A stretch of 63,460 nucleotides of DNA, counting the filler, from Octopus bimaculoides (lineage: Eukaryota): NCBI RefSeq assembly GCF_001194135.2. It is 4 parts of 4 records of this genome, joined end to end, with 100 filler letters (N's around TTAATTAATTAA, not from the genome) between each part and the next. Parts side by side here need not be neighbours in the genome. Positions count along the whole stretch, not along the records: positions 24,183 to 40,311 come from NC_068982.1; 3 more parts are not named here. One strand, given 5' to 3'. Shown one piece after another: positions 24,931-38,206 of this stretch (the first letter of the stretch is position 1; every line of letters begins with the position of its first letter). Position numbers and translations under genes: made by a program. The notes below the pieces were generated by a model. It was not told the origin of the DNA and made no database searches. It saw only the letters and a list, made by a program, of their open reading frames with translations.

Positions 24931-25877
24931 AGATCATTTCTTCTGTGCATCTGCGTTCTGAGGTCAACTTTGCCTTTCTTTCTTTGGAAGTCAATCAGAA
25001 AGCAACCAATCCAAGGCGATAACTTGATTGAACTGTTAGAGGCTTTGGCATGTATCTTGCAGTATTTGTTCTATTTTTCTAACTCTGGCTCAATGACTTC
25101 GACAATACTGGTGCCGAGCTGTATCGACCCATATCTCTGTGACTTTCGCCTTGGAGAAACAATGGCGGCATGAAGAGAGAGAGAGAGTTCTTATCGTGGG
25201 GTATTGCCAATTGCCCCGAAAGGTCTTGTTTAGGCCTGAAATACACAAGAAGAGATATAGTCAGTATTGAGTGATGGTGTGACTTATGATTTATTTTGTT
25301 TTATGTTGCACTTTTTGTTTTGTTTTCTTTTGCGCTGTTTTTGTTATTTGGTTTTCGGTTTCCTGCCTAATTTCTACATTCGATGTACAGAAACATCTTT
25401 TCCGTCGCCATTATGCTATTAAATGTCTGTTGTTGTTGCTGCTATTGCTGTCGATTTTGATGCTGTTGTTACTGTTACCGCTCCTGCAGTTGTTGTGTTG
25501 CTTCTGGTTTTGCAGTCGGTGCTGCTGCTGCTGTTGTTCTTATTTATATCATACTAGTGTACATACACTGACCGAAAAAAAACTCATAACTATTTCAATT
25601 CAGGATATTTAGATTCAACCAGAATTTTCATATTTTATTTTTAAATAAAAAATATTCTTTATAGTTATAAAACTTTGACATATCCTTAATTTCCCTGTGG
25701 ATTTGAGCTTTTTATTCTACATTTTCACTTTCATACCATTACACCATCAATGGCGGGGAAATGTGCAGGTTACGCAAAAAATAAATTGAATAATTTTACT
25801 TCATTTTATTTATCTATTTATTCGTGTGGTTTCATTTTAAAACTATATTTTATGATATAGATTTTAATCATGTGAAT

Positions 25878-26003
25878 GAATTCTCTCCCTTATACACTCT
25901 AATCACGCTCTTTCTTGCCAGAGGTTTACATAAAATCAGCATCGAATTATGCAATCACACACTAAAAGCGTTTAGTATTTACATTTGAATTTTATGACAG
26001 TCA
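25878..26003 (+). repeat. Unclassified 126-bp dispersed repeat (second copy 34893-35018)
   Basis: gaattctctcccttatacactctaatcacgctcttt...gaattttatgacagtca in both places. Confidence 0.8.
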
Positions 26004-26873
26004 GACAAGATGGCTAAAAGCTTCATGTAATCCGTGGATGTAATCCTCAGAGGCGAGTTCAAAACGTAGCTGGCGGTGAAATGTTAGATGTTATTCATTT
26101 TACTCACCTACTTGCCTCACTTCCTTTAACATACACACACACTCGCACACACATACGAAGCGGGTAGATATATTCAGATGCGGGTACACACATTCAAGTA
26201 TACATTTCGTCACACACATGTGTATACTTGGATAAACTGCTTGTATTTGCGTATTCGTGTATTTGCGTATTCGTGTATTTGCTCGTATATCTAACTGAAT
26301 GCGGATACAACCAAACGTAGTGGAAAAGTAACAGTAAAGAAATTGAAGAATAGAAAAATCAATAAGGAATAAAGTTCAATACAGGAATAGTAGACACTAA
26401 CAAAATTTGGTGAAACACTTTTTATTTAACTGTTATAATCTGTAATGCAACTTTTAGATATCGTGCCGTTATTTTTCATTAAATGTCATATATCCAAAAT
26501 AGCATATAACCAACAGCCGTGTAGTAAACTGAAGGATGTTCTATGTGATTCAGCGTTAAGAATTTATGAAATTTTGTATCTCAATGTGCAAGTAGAAAAA
26601 CTGTGCAGCCATACGGTGTGACGGGAATGGTTCAGTGTTATGTAACAGGGTTGTATTGTTGGATTGTATAGTTTTACGTTCCAGAATAAATAAGATGAAG
26701 CTTGTATTTTTGCCTTTGCATCAGAATTCAACCTGATAGCGTGGTTTCTTATGCCACACTACTTTTCGATTTCAGATGAACATTGATAATGAGACGTGCG
26801 TATTGAACCTAGGAGGAATTTTTCTGAAGACCTATGAAAGTGTTTTTTCTTCAGTATGTAACTAGAACATCGT

Positions 26874-27261
26874 GGAGGCGCAATGGCCCAGTGGTTAGCG
26901 CAGCGGACTCGCGGTCATAAGATCGCGGTTTTGATTCCCAGACTGGGCGTTGTGAGTGTTTATTGAGCGAAAACACCTAAAGCTCCACGAGGCTCCGGCA
27001 GGGAATGTTGGCGAACCCTGCTGTACTCTTTCACCACAACTTTCTCTCACTCTTACTTCCTGTTTCTGTTGTGCCTGTAATTCAAAGGGTCAGACTTGTC
27101 ACACTGTGTCACGCTGAATATCCCCGAGAAGTACGTTAAGGGTACACGTGTGTGTGGAGTGCTCAGCCACTTGCATGTTAATTTCACGAACAGGCTGTTC
27201 CGTTGATCGGATCAACTGGAACCCTCGACGTCGTAAGCGACGGAGTGCCAACAACAACAAA
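26874..27261 (+). mobile_element. tRNA-derived SINE family C, full length with candidate TSD
   Basis: A box tggcccagtgg, B-like box gttttgattcc, (aac)n tail; flanks aactagaacatc (26860-26871) and aactaaaacatc (27262-27273). Confidence 0.85.
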
Positions 27262-27299
27262 AACTAAAACATCAAATCTGCACGGTATCCGCTTTCCAT

Positions 27300-28500
27300 G
27301 AAAGTAGACAAAATGTAAAGCACATTCGACTCAGCATATAAAAGTACAATAAATTATAGAACGCTATCACTAAAACCTACAAGAAAACAAAACTAGACCT
27401 TGAACTTCCAGTGTAGTTAACGATGAGGCAAAATCACGTCACGCAATTACAATTAGGTGATTATACAGAACGCCTATATTCAACGCAAACGGAACTAAAC
27501 TAGTTATATCAGAAACTTCTCACACAGCCTTAAATGTAGATTCATAATTCCAAAGAATAGTGAATAGGAATTGTTATCGAGAAGATACGAGATTCTATTA
27601 ACTTAAAAATTAGATCAGCTACTAATTTAATGTAATAGAAAAATAGTTGTTCTATTAAGTGATTTCAATGTATTGACAATAAACCTAATAAAGTTAAATG
27701 CACAGCTCATACAGCTCGACATAGAAGAGTTTTTGAACCATCGATTTCTAGGAGTCTTCTCCGGCAAATTCGGTCGAATATCAGTAATAGAATCCGATTC
27801 TGACATTATCAAGAATGTTAGACAATCGCTGTTAGTTTACAATAATTCCCAATGGTTGAAGAACAATGAACGGAAAGACTTTTGATGCATCCATGGGTAG
27901 TTTTAAGGAGACGGATATAACAGACCTTTCTGACCTCGATATCTTAGACTTGCTCAGAAATGAAGAATTAACCAGTATGAGATTATATATAATCAGTGGC
28001 CTCAGGGTAGTATACTAACAGTAATAGGCATGACATGAATAGCGTTAGAAAGAAGGAAGAGAAATCATTAAGACAAACCTTAAGATAACAATAAATATAA
28101 ACCTGAGAATTGCTAACTACCTAGTTATCACACTGTGTCTTCATTATATGCAGACGTCACATATTCCAGAAACCAAACGAGGAAACTACTTATGTAAACA
28201 AAACGTCACTCACCTACTGAGATCATTAAAAACATTATAAGCAATATTAGTTTACTTATTATTAATCTGTCTTCAGATATGAGTATATTCGACCCTTACA
28301 ATAGCATCTATGTTTATTCTATTGAATCCGCATCGACCTATTTTCTCTCTGGTGCAAATGATCATAAACATCAGGTTTTTGGTTGTACATATTGGCCTCA
28401 ATATCTTTTTTTTAATCATTTGCAAACACGTATTATTATGGGGATTGTTTCAGTTTTCACAAATTCACATTCTTCATTTTCATATCGCTTCTTTTTGAGA
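27300..28500 (+). mobile_element. Decayed Penelope-like element reverse transcriptase
   Basis: Fragments NAITKTYKK, CRFIIPKNSE, DIIKNVRQSLLVYNNSQWLKN..DFDASMGSF, ININLRIANYL.ITL and KPNEETTYVNK..H.PTEIIKNI follow the order of PLE RT motifs; many stops and frameshifts. Confidence 0.65.
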
Positions 28501-29784
28501 CATATAATCACCGTGCAACGGGACTAATACACCGATAAGAAGTTATTATCTTCTATGTTGGTGATCGGAAATGATTCGATTTCATCACTCTGTCTCCGAG
28601 TTTAGCCGTTTCGCCTTCCACTTACTCCCTTTTATTTAGTATACTTCTACAGTCAATTACTCGTGAGTACTTTGCAACCCTAATATAATTTCGGATGTAT
28701 GAACACAAGCTTCACCAAGCTTGTTAATAAATTCTCTTTTGTTTAAGACTAGGCAACAAGAAAGAGCGTGATTGATTATTTCTACACATTTTTTCTGTTC
28801 TGCATCATTATACGCTATTAGTATAATGATGCATTAGTTTCAATGTTTTACGGTTGTATCTCAATCGAAAATCTTTCGTTCTTAGCTTTGAGCCTTGCAC
28901 TACTTACCCCGTGCTTTTTTTTTCTTTTTACTCCTGCTTTGTAATGTCATGTAAAGTACTGGTAGTACAGCGACCTCTCTTGCCATCGTCTTTGCATGCA
29001 TTCTATAATGTCATCTTCAGTTTCGTATTTTTCCTTTTGGTGTTCTTATAATTTCTGTTTGTCCCTCCTTCACACAGTTGTCTTTTACATCAGTTTTAAA
29101 TATATTAGCTTCCTTACCTTGCCGTAGTGCCTTCCATACAGAATTCAAAATCAATGAATCCGTACAATGCTTGTAACAATGTTTCCATTTATATAATTAT
29201 CTGCAGAGTATAAAATGGTCGATTATTACCATATAGTATCACTAAAAATGCACCGATTTTAATTTAACGTGTTGGTTAAAGGTTTTATAGCAAAAACTGT
29301 AGAGGGGAGACAAAATCCCTCTAATATTCCTCTCCAAATATAGAATTAGTTTTTATATTAACTTCTACCTACATCTTGAAAACTGTTTACCATTTATTCA
29401 TTACATGTTCCATGTACTAGCTTATTATTAATGCTATTTTTTTCATGGTTAGTGTTTCGAGAATCCAGGCTGATGAACACTTAAAGACGGTCTAACGCCT
29501 TCATGTAGTCAATCCAACTCGACTCAGGTTTGACTTTACTCTATAGATTTCGGTTCTCGTGTTGTTGCTCAATAATTGATATTTACAACCATGCAAAAGA
29601 GTCGTTCATAAAAACGAAAACGTAGGCTTGGCAAATGGGCGAAGATGCGATTTGGCAGAGTCATTAGCACGTCGAATAAAACGGCTGACAGTATTTGTTC
29701 TGACACACGATGCTTCGAGTTCAAATCCTACCAGGGTCAAGTCAACTTTACCTTTTCTCTTTTCAAAAATAATAAAAACAGAAT

Positions 29785-30005
29785 GGCGGCGAGCTGGCAG
29801 AAACGTTAGCACGCCGGGCGAAATGCTTAGCGGTATTTCGTCTGCCGTTACGATCTGAGTTCAAATTCCGCCGAGGTAGACTTTGCCTTTCATCCTTTCT
29901 GGGTCAATAAAATAAGTACCAGTTATGCACTGTGGTCGATGTAATCGACTTAATCCTTGTTTGTTCCCTCTATGTTTAGCCTCTTGTGGGCAATAAAGAA
30001 ATAGG
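29785..30005 (+). mobile_element. SINE family B, full length (diverged copies flank it at about 29640-29765 and 30040-30130)
   Basis: Same head, B box and cctttcatccttt core as 36108-36332. Confidence 0.88.
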
Positions 30006-31368
30006 AAATAATAAAAACAAAAAAGTTCTAATCCAGGATGGTGGGCTGTCAGAACTGTAACGACATCGGATTGGATACCTTGTGGTATTTGTTCCGACTA
30101 TTTGCGTTCTGAGTTCAAATCCCGCCGTAGTTCACTTGAGTAGTAGACATTATCTGACCTCCAGCTTATCACCATTATCTGACNNNNNNNNNNNNNNNNN
30201 NNNNNNNNNNNNNNNNNNNNNNNNNNNNNNNNNNNNNNNNNNNNNNNNNNNNNNNNNNNNNNNNNNNNNNNNNNNNNNNNNNNNNNNNNNNNNNNNNNNN
30301 NNNNNNNNNNNNNNNNNNNNNNNNNNNNNNNNNNNNNNNNNNNNNNNNNNNNNNNNNNNNNNNNNNNNNCTTTCCTTCCTTCCTTCCTTCTACTAGTTTT
30401 GGATGCCATGTAAAGCGTCATACACACTGCTATTCTTCCTGGCATAAAAGACATAAAAGAAAATTCGGTTCTCTGTAACTTTTGTTATGTTCGTTTAGAA
30501 GCGAGTTATTCTTTCTCCAGGTGTCATTTATTGGGTATGATATCGTTGCAGTTAAACAATTTTATGGCTGTAGGCAGACGGATTGTGTCTGAAAGTTTTT
30601 AAGAATAAAATCTAGAATTAAGATGGCTTTCTTATCGCCCAGTTCTTTCTAACTTCTTCAATAGCGCATTAAATTTTTGCCCATAGACCCTACATGCGCT
30701 TTGTTAAATATTTCAGCAAGATATTTGACATTTTCTCACCTTCTGGTGCTTTCCAGTTCCGTTTTTGTAACCTCTGTCTTACTTATTCAGTTGATTAGGG
30801 TTCCTACAATTACTAAGGTTATCATCATCATCATCATAATCATTGTTATTATTTCCATATACACTCAACAGATTAGACTGTTGGAAACGAAACATCCTAA
30901 CATCAGGCTACAACGAGTAACCTTAGATGCCAAGAACCCTCCTGAGTAACCTAGTTGTCCCTAATAACACACTTTTCTGCAGCTGTACTAAACTGGATTT
31001 TATGCCTATTTGCTCTATCCATCTGTTTAGATCTTTAGGAATAGTTCCCTATTATTATTATTATCATTATTATTATAATAATAATAATTATTATTATTAT
31101 TATTATTATTATTGGAGAGTATTGTAGTTCGCTTGAAGCATTGTGCATTGTTTCTAAAAGATAAAAATTTTTGAATGGTAGAACAATGCACTATAATACA
31201 AAAAATGGACTCTAAGAATATCTGAAGAAGGAATTGTATTCCGAAATATCATCGGACTATCGATAGCTAAATTACAACAGGTATATAGTCCATTTTTTAA
31301 AAACATTATAGTGCATTGTTGTACCATTCAAATCTTTTTATTCTTTATTATTATTATTATTATTATTA

Positions 31369-31421
<53 letters not shown>

Positions 31422-31477
31422 GTTGTTGTTGTTGTTGTTGTTGTTATTATTATTATGATTAAGGCATCGAAGCATCG

Positions 31478-31680
31478 AGTTGGCAGAATCGTCAGCGCGC
31501 TGGGCGAAATGCTTAGCGGTATTTCGCTCAGTGCTACGTTCTGAGTTCAGATTCCGCCAAGGTCGACTTTGCCTTTTATCCTTTCGGGGTCGAGAGATTA
31601 AATATCAGTGAAACACTTGGGGTCGATGTAATCGACTGTACCCCTACCCCAAATTTCACGCCTTCTGCCTATATTAGAAA
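31478..31680 (+). mobile_element. SINE family B
   Basis: gagttggcagaatcgtcagc...ggtcgactttgccttttatcctttcgggg. Confidence 0.8.
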
Positions 31681-31689
31681 GGAATATTA

Positions 31690-31844
31690 TCATTATTATT
31701 AATATTATTATTATTAGTAGTAGTAGTAGTAGTAGTAGTAGTAATAGTAGTAGTAGTAGTAGTAGTAGCAGCAGCAGCAGCAGAAGCAGTAGTAGTAGTA
31801 GTAGCGGTAGTAGTAGTGGTAGTAATAGTAGTAGTAGTAGTAGT

Positions 31845-31876
<32 letters not shown>

Positions 31877-31950
31877 CGGTAGTAGTAGTGGTAGTAGTAG
31901 TAGTAGTAGCAGCAGCAGCAGCAGCTGGTGTTGCTGTTGTTGTTGTTGTT
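31690..31950. repeat. Compound (TAT)(TAG)(CAG)(TTG)n array with higher-order duplication
   Basis: The block cagcagcag-tagtagtag-cggtag-tagtggtag occurs twice. Confidence 0.9.
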
Positions 31951-32584
31951 GCTAACTGTTGCTGCGGCTGCTGTTGTCCCTGTAGTAATAGATGAGCAGG
32001 CAAAATTTCCTCTTCGCGCCGGACAAAATGCTGAACAGCATTTCTTCCGGCTCTTAAACACTTTGAGCTCAAATAACACCGAGAATTCGACTTACAATTC
32101 GTCCTTTGGCGGCGGCTGAGGGGGGGGGGGAGAAGAGGTCGATAAAAACCAGTACCCGTATAGCACTAGGGGTCAATGTAATCAACAAGCCCCTCTCCCT
32201 CAAAAACTTCAAATTGTTGCTATTGTTGTTGTTGTTGTTGTTAATATCATTTTTGTCATCTTTTACGTCATCTCCACCACCATCATCATCATCATCAACA
32301 TCATAATCTGTATTATCAGCACAAAAACAGTAATTTCTTTTCTTATTTCTTCTAATTTTTATTTGTTTTGCTAGTTACATTTTTCTAATGTTTTTCTAAT
32401 TTTTTCTTTTAGTTATTCTTTTTGTTATTTTTTTCCTCTTTCTTTTTCCTTATGCCATCGTAATCGCATTTCTCAATATGCTTCATCTAGTTATAATCTC
32501 CATACGACTCCTTACTGCCTCGCCGACGCAACACTATTGGGGACGCACCTACACGAAAATCTATTCTCCCTCCACTGTCGCAAT

Positions 32585-32612
32585 CAACAGTATCATCACC
32601 ATCACCATCACC

Positions 32613-32643
<31 letters not shown>

Positions 32644-32699
32644 TCATCATCATCATTATTATCGTCATCTTCATCAGCATCATTGTCATCGTCATCGTC

Positions 32700-32743
<44 letters not shown>

Positions 32744-32881
32744 TATCATCCTCATCATCATCATCATCATCATCGTCGTCATCATCATCATCACCATCAC
32801 CATCATCATCATCATCATCATTATCATCGTCGTCATCATCATCATCGTCGTCATCATCATCATCATCATCATCACCATCAC

Positions 32882-32912
<31 letters not shown>

Positions 32913-33063
32913 GTCGTCGTCGTCGTCGTCATCGACATCATCATCATCATCATCACCACCATCATCATCATCATCATCACCATGACCATCATCATCCTTA
33001 TCATCGTCGTCATCATCATCATCATCATCATTGTCGTCATCATCATCATCATCGTCATCATCC

Positions 33064-33104
<41 letters not shown>

Positions 33105-33117
33105 GTCGTCGTCGTCG

Positions 33118-33148
<31 letters not shown>

Positions 33149-33443
33149 TATCATCGTCGTCATCATCGTCATCATCGTCGTCGTCGTCACCATCATCATC
33201 ATCCTCATCATCATTGTCGTCGTCAACGTCATCATCATCATCATCAACATCAGCATCCTCATCACCACCACCACCAACAACAACACCAACAACAGCAGCA
33301 TCAACATATTAAACCTTATCGACCTTATGGTCATTCCTAAACAGCAATATCATTATGGTCAGCACCGTCGTCGCTGCCATTATCACTGTTCTTTACATCA
33401 TCGTTAACATCAGCATCATTCTCTACTTGATTTTCATCATCAA

Positions 33444-33495
<52 letters not shown>

Positions 33496-33665
33496 GTCCT
33501 CCTCCTCCTGCTTCTGCTCATCATCATAATCATCATCACAGTCTTCATCATCACCGTCTTCATCATCATCACCATCATAATCATCATCATCATCATCATC
33601 ATCACCGTCTTCATTATCATCATCATCATCATCATCATCATCATCGTCGTCGTCATCACCATCGT
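32585..33665. repeat. About 1.1-kb imperfect (ATC/GTC/ACC)n trinucleotide array
   Basis: Directly visible; source of the poly-I, poly-H, poly-S and poly-M ORFs. Confidence 0.95.
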
Positions 33666-34055
33666 TTTTATCGTTATCGCCGCCTCCTACCACGCCGTTC
33701 CCATTTTGTGCATCGTTTCTCTTTTAAAGTTAATTTTTATTTTATTTTATTTTATTTTATTTTATTTTAAAAAATAAATAAATAAATAAATAAATTCCTT
33801 TAGGCAATGAGGTTTTCTTTTCCTTTTTCTAATGTTTTGTTATTTATTATTATTTTTTTTTACCTTTTTTTCTTTTTTTAAATTTTCTAAATAATCTCAG
33901 TAAAATTCTTTGCCAAACCTCAAACACCAAAACACCAAACCGAGTGATGACGAAATTATTGGGCATTTTTTTAAGGTTACATTTTTTTTTTATTCTTTCT
34001 GATTTGTTTATTATTATCACTATCATTATTATTATTATTATTATTATCACCATCA

Positions 34056-34108
<53 letters not shown>

Positions 34109-35049
34109 GTTATATTCTTGAATTATTATCGGAGGACATGTTCCAGAAGAAAGTGATACAGACACTTTGTTGTTTGAAGTACAACGGTTTCCTATTAGAT
34201 CATACCCTTTTAAATTTCATTACACAATTTAGCATACGAGCACACGTACACTCACGACGCTCACAAGCGCAGGCAATCACACGCGCACAGATACACGCGT
34301 ATACTTTCATACAAGCGCGCGTACACACAGACAAACCTGCTTTTGAACGCTGTAAACGCGTACACTAATATACACATGCTACAACCTTTCGTTCAAAGAC
34401 AGATATGTTTATTTACGATCGAACACCGACTCCATAATGGTATTCATAAGCACATGCTCAAAGACGGGCATACACTATCAGCTGTTTCATACAGCTATAA
34501 GCAGACGTTCACAGAAAGCCATACATCCACATAGACAATGTTCGGTTAAGTTCCGCAACCCCCTTCTGCCTCTCACTCTCTGCTCTGTGCATTAACGACC
34601 TGATTGCTCTGACCTCTAACAAAGTCACTCCTATGCAGATAATGCTATTCTTCACCGTTCGCTAAACAATAGCAAACGCGCGCCACTCTCGACAAATCTA
34701 TACTGAAGCCACAATGGCGTGTTGCTTCCACATCTGGGTCAGTGCTGTAACTGCGCAGATACATCCTTCAACGATTTCACAAACACACTCCATCCTCAGG
34801 CCCATGGCTGTGCTCTTTTCTCTCTCTCTCTCAACCTTTTCTATTCGGCTACTATATTGACCTCTATTCCTCTGAATCTTTATCATATAGAAGAATTCTC
34901 TCCCTTATACACTCTAATCACGCTCTTTCGTGTCAGAAGTCTACATAAAATCAACATCGAATTATGCAGTCACACACCAAAAGTGTTTAGTATTCACATT
35001 TGAATTTTATGACAGTCAAACGAGACAAATGAAAGGTTGATATAACCCA

Positions 35050-35760
35050 TATATAAAAATATTTAGGGGCGAGTCTTGTATTTCCTGCATTCAAACACAC
35101 CCGAACCATTTGTCTATCCTCATCTCATCACCCTTGTTGTGTCTGGTTCCTCCAGGCGCCATATTAGTCTTTCCTTCACAGAACATCATTCCTCTGGAAT
35201 CTTTTAGTTTTCGCCATGTCTTCCTGAGCTACCGACTTGCAACATTATAACTTAAATGAAGCATAAATGGCATCAATCTAACCAATATCAAGTGTTTACA
35301 AGATTCTTTGCCATGACTATTTCCTCTAAACTAATTAAGTAAAATAAGAGGCATCATGCAATTTAGACTTTTCACAATAAACTGCTCTCCTCCCAAAGCA
35401 AATACATTGGAATCATTCTGCATTAGGTTACGGCAATGTTGTCTCCTTTAACAAGGCAAATACATAACTATTACTCATATCAAGAAAGCAGCATTGCCAC
35501 CACCCACTAGACTCATACACACACACTTTTTCCAGTTTTGGACAACAACCAATTAAAACAATCACACTGAAGTCTTTTCTTTTTTTTTCGTTCGTGCTGC
35601 TCTTCCGTACGAAAGAAAAAGAACATCTAGGACCACATCTCAATAACTAGCTCCATTCTTATTTTCTACATCACTGGATACTTACTCATCCGATTTTATT
35701 TTGAATTCGCAGACTGGTAGTAAAAAAAGAATTAGTAAAACCGCGCTTTTGTTGGCCTAT
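35050..35760 (-). mobile_element. Possible highly decayed L1/Tx1-like RT C-terminal relic
   Basis: Weak fragments such as FALGGEQFIVKSL; heavily degenerate. Confidence 0.25.
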
Positions 35761-36107
35761 CCACCTTGCCGCTTCAGAGAGAAGTGAGAAATATGGGGAG
35801 TAAACAGCTCAATATTTGACTGACGATTTATTTATCAATCCCCCTCAAAAAAATGATATTCATAGTTGACTTCTGCGTGATTTGATCTCAAAGCGCAGAC
35901 ATCAGGAAAAGAGGACTGCAGAGTATTCTATTCGGCTCTCTAAGCCACTGTGTCCATCAACAGAGTGTTTTACATAGTTGGATCGATAGAGTGGCTCTTT
36001 AATGAAGACAGTACAATGAAATAATGCTGACACCACATCTTGACAGTGGTGTTTCTTCAATATATACACATATAGAATGATATCGATGACATCCGAATAG
36101 TGTATGT

Positions 36108-36332
36108 CTTTATTGCCCACAGGGGGCTAAACATAGAGGGGACAAACAAGGACAGACAATGGGTTAAGTCGATTACATCGACCCCAGTGCGTAACTGGTA
36201 CTTATTTAATTGATCCCAAAAGGATGAAAGGCAAAGTCGTCCTCGGTGGAATTTGAACTCAGAACGTAACAGCAGACGAAATACCGCTAAGCATTTCACC
36301 CGGCGTGCTAACGTTTCTGCCAGCTCGCCGCC
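36108..36332 (-). mobile_element. tRNA-derived SINE family B, full length
   Basis: ggcggcgagctggcagaaacgttagc...gagttcaaattcc (B box)...gactttgcctttcatccttttgggatc...ttgtgggcaataaag. Confidence 0.88.
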
Positions 36333-36589
36333 TTTATGTCATCCGAATATTTAGTGCACAGTATTTGGTCCACAGAATTGCTTTCTCCTTTTTATATCAA
36401 GTTAATTGCAACTATAACAATCTGTGGTTTTCTCTGCTAGCTAGTGGTATACAGACGTTGTTCAGGATAAATTTGACGGTTTACACAAAAGGAAAAGAAT
36501 ATGCAATATCCCATCCAAAACAAATAAAGTATTTTAAAAAAACAAAAATATCAACTGGTTTATGTCGGAGCTATAACAATTTACTCAAA

Positions 36590-36760
36590 GTAGCTGCCGT
36601 CAGCTTCCACCTACAGATTTGAGCGGTTCCGGAGCCTGGCGCATGCGCCTCCTCGCAGTGTTCAAAGGAAGATCTTAGAACATCTTGATTTTGGTCACCA
36701 GCTTGGCCTTGGTGTTGCAGTTAGAGCGGTTGCTGTCTTTCTCAACCGCGCCCTACACTT
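36590..36760 (-). mobile_element. Mariner-like transposase C-terminal fragment
   Basis: GAVEKDSNRSNCNTKAKLVTKIK...ARLRNR...VEADGSY. Confidence 0.55.
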
Positions 36761-37310
36761 AGTAATCTATGAGATTACTATCGGAGAAATTAGGAGATCA
36801 GAAATTGGGACTGATAAAATTGTAGAAATTCTCCCCACAACCACTCCTTTTTTTTTGGAGGTATAACAAAGAGCTAAACCCTGCTGCCATAGATATGGTG
36901 CCCCCAGCAGCAAGCCTTTCCAGCCAGGGTCTGACCTGGCTTCAGCATCTTCACGTAGCCGTCTGAATTGAGCCTATTAACCTTGATCAATCATGTGGAG
37001 ATGAGATGAATTCTGAATCAAATGCAGTCAGAACGCTTGCTGTGTGTCTTCCTGTTGACCACAGTTTCGTAGTCTCAGTTGCAACTATCCATGTCAGGTC
37101 TTACAGCCTTTACATGTACAAAAGGCATTGAGCAGAAGTCAAGATATCGGCATTTTGATACCCTGTGCGAATCATTATGATACAGGTCACACATTTCCAG
37201 TATTCAGGTGGCTTCCAGTCCTCCATGTCAACTAACTGTTTTTCTCAACTACAACGTTAATCCTTATTATCTCCGCTAACGTTACAGTTCACTAATTCAA
37301 ACTGTTTACA

Positions 37311-37710
37311 CTTTTACTTGTTTCAGTCATTTGACTGCGGCCATGCTGGAGCACCGCCTTTAGTCGAGCAAATCGACCACAGGACTTATTCCTTGTAAGC
37401 CTAGTACTTATTCTATCGGTCTCTTATGCCGAATCGTTTTCGCTGACGTAAACACACCAGCATCGGTTGTCAAGCGATGTTGGGAGACAAACACAGACAC
37501 ACAAACATATATACGCACACATACATATATATATATAAAAAGATATATACGACGGGCCCCCTTCAGCTTCCGTCCACCAAATGCACCCAAAAGGCTTTGG
37601 TCGGCCCGAAGCTATAGTAGAAGACACTTGCCCAAGGTGCCACGCAGTGGGACTGAACCCGGAACCATGTGGTTGGTAAGCAAGCTACCTACCACACAGC
37701 CACTCCTGCA
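37311..37710 (-). mobile_element. tRNA-derived SINE family A (CORE-like segment, internal TA/TG microsatellite), full length
   Basis: Head tggctgtgtggt...ggttcagtccc; ccttgggcaagtgtctt; tail gcagtcaaatgactgaaacaagtaaaag. Confidence 0.88.
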
Positions 37711-37823
37711 CTCTAAAATAAGGCAATAAAAATTTCGTCACATTTAGCCCGAACACTCTGTATATTTACAGTATTTACATTATTTACATTCGACGGATAT
37801 TTGTCCTCATCTTGTATGTTGTT

Positions 37824-37869
37824 AACACAACGTTTCGGCTGATATACCCTCCAGCTTTCTTCAGGTCTC
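37824..37869 (-). ncRNA. Minimal type-I hammerhead-ribozyme-like motif
   Basis: RNA GAGAC-CUGAAGA-A-AGCUG(loop)CAGCC-GAAAC-GUU-GUGUU: core CUGANGA/GAAA, helix II, helix I, palindromic ACGU in place of helix III. Confidence 0.6.
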
Positions 37870-38029
37870 TTGGGGAAATTTCGAACCTGGATTCTCATTC
37901 CTAAGGTATTTTTCGATGTTGTTATTATTATTATTATTATTGTTCACTACTTGGAATCGAACTCGGAATCTTGGGGTTGGTAGCCCGCGCTCAGCCACTA
38001 CGTCATATGCCTGTGGGCATATGGCGTAG

Positions 38030-38107
<78 letters not shown>

Positions 38108-38160
38108 GCAACATCGGAAAATACCTTAGGAATGAGAACCCAGGTTTGAAATTTCCCCAA

Positions 38161-38206
38161 GACACTTGATGAAGGTTGGAGGGTATATCAGCCGAAACGT
38201 TGTGTT
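38161..38206 (+). ncRNA. Minimal type-I hammerhead-ribozyme-like motif (C3U variant)
   Basis: GACAC-UUGAUGA-A-GGUUG(loop)CAGCC-GAAAC-GUU-GUGUU; helix I GACAC/GUGUU pairs fully. Confidence 0.55.

Noticed and set aside
26874-26945. tRNA genes at SINE heads (also 10468, 18869, 37951-38011, 57826)
   Set aside because: A and B boxes are present, but there is no intact cloverleaf and each continues into a repeat body.
20567-27300. Functional link between the PLAT gene and neighbouring PLE or ribozyme elements
   Set aside because: An artificial spacer at 24083-24182 separates them, and there is no sequence evidence of linkage.
32478-33777. 309-aa poly-Ile, 267-aa poly-His and 257-aa poly-Met ORFs as genes
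   Set aside because: All frames of one ATC array are open, which is a property of the repeat and not evidence of coding.
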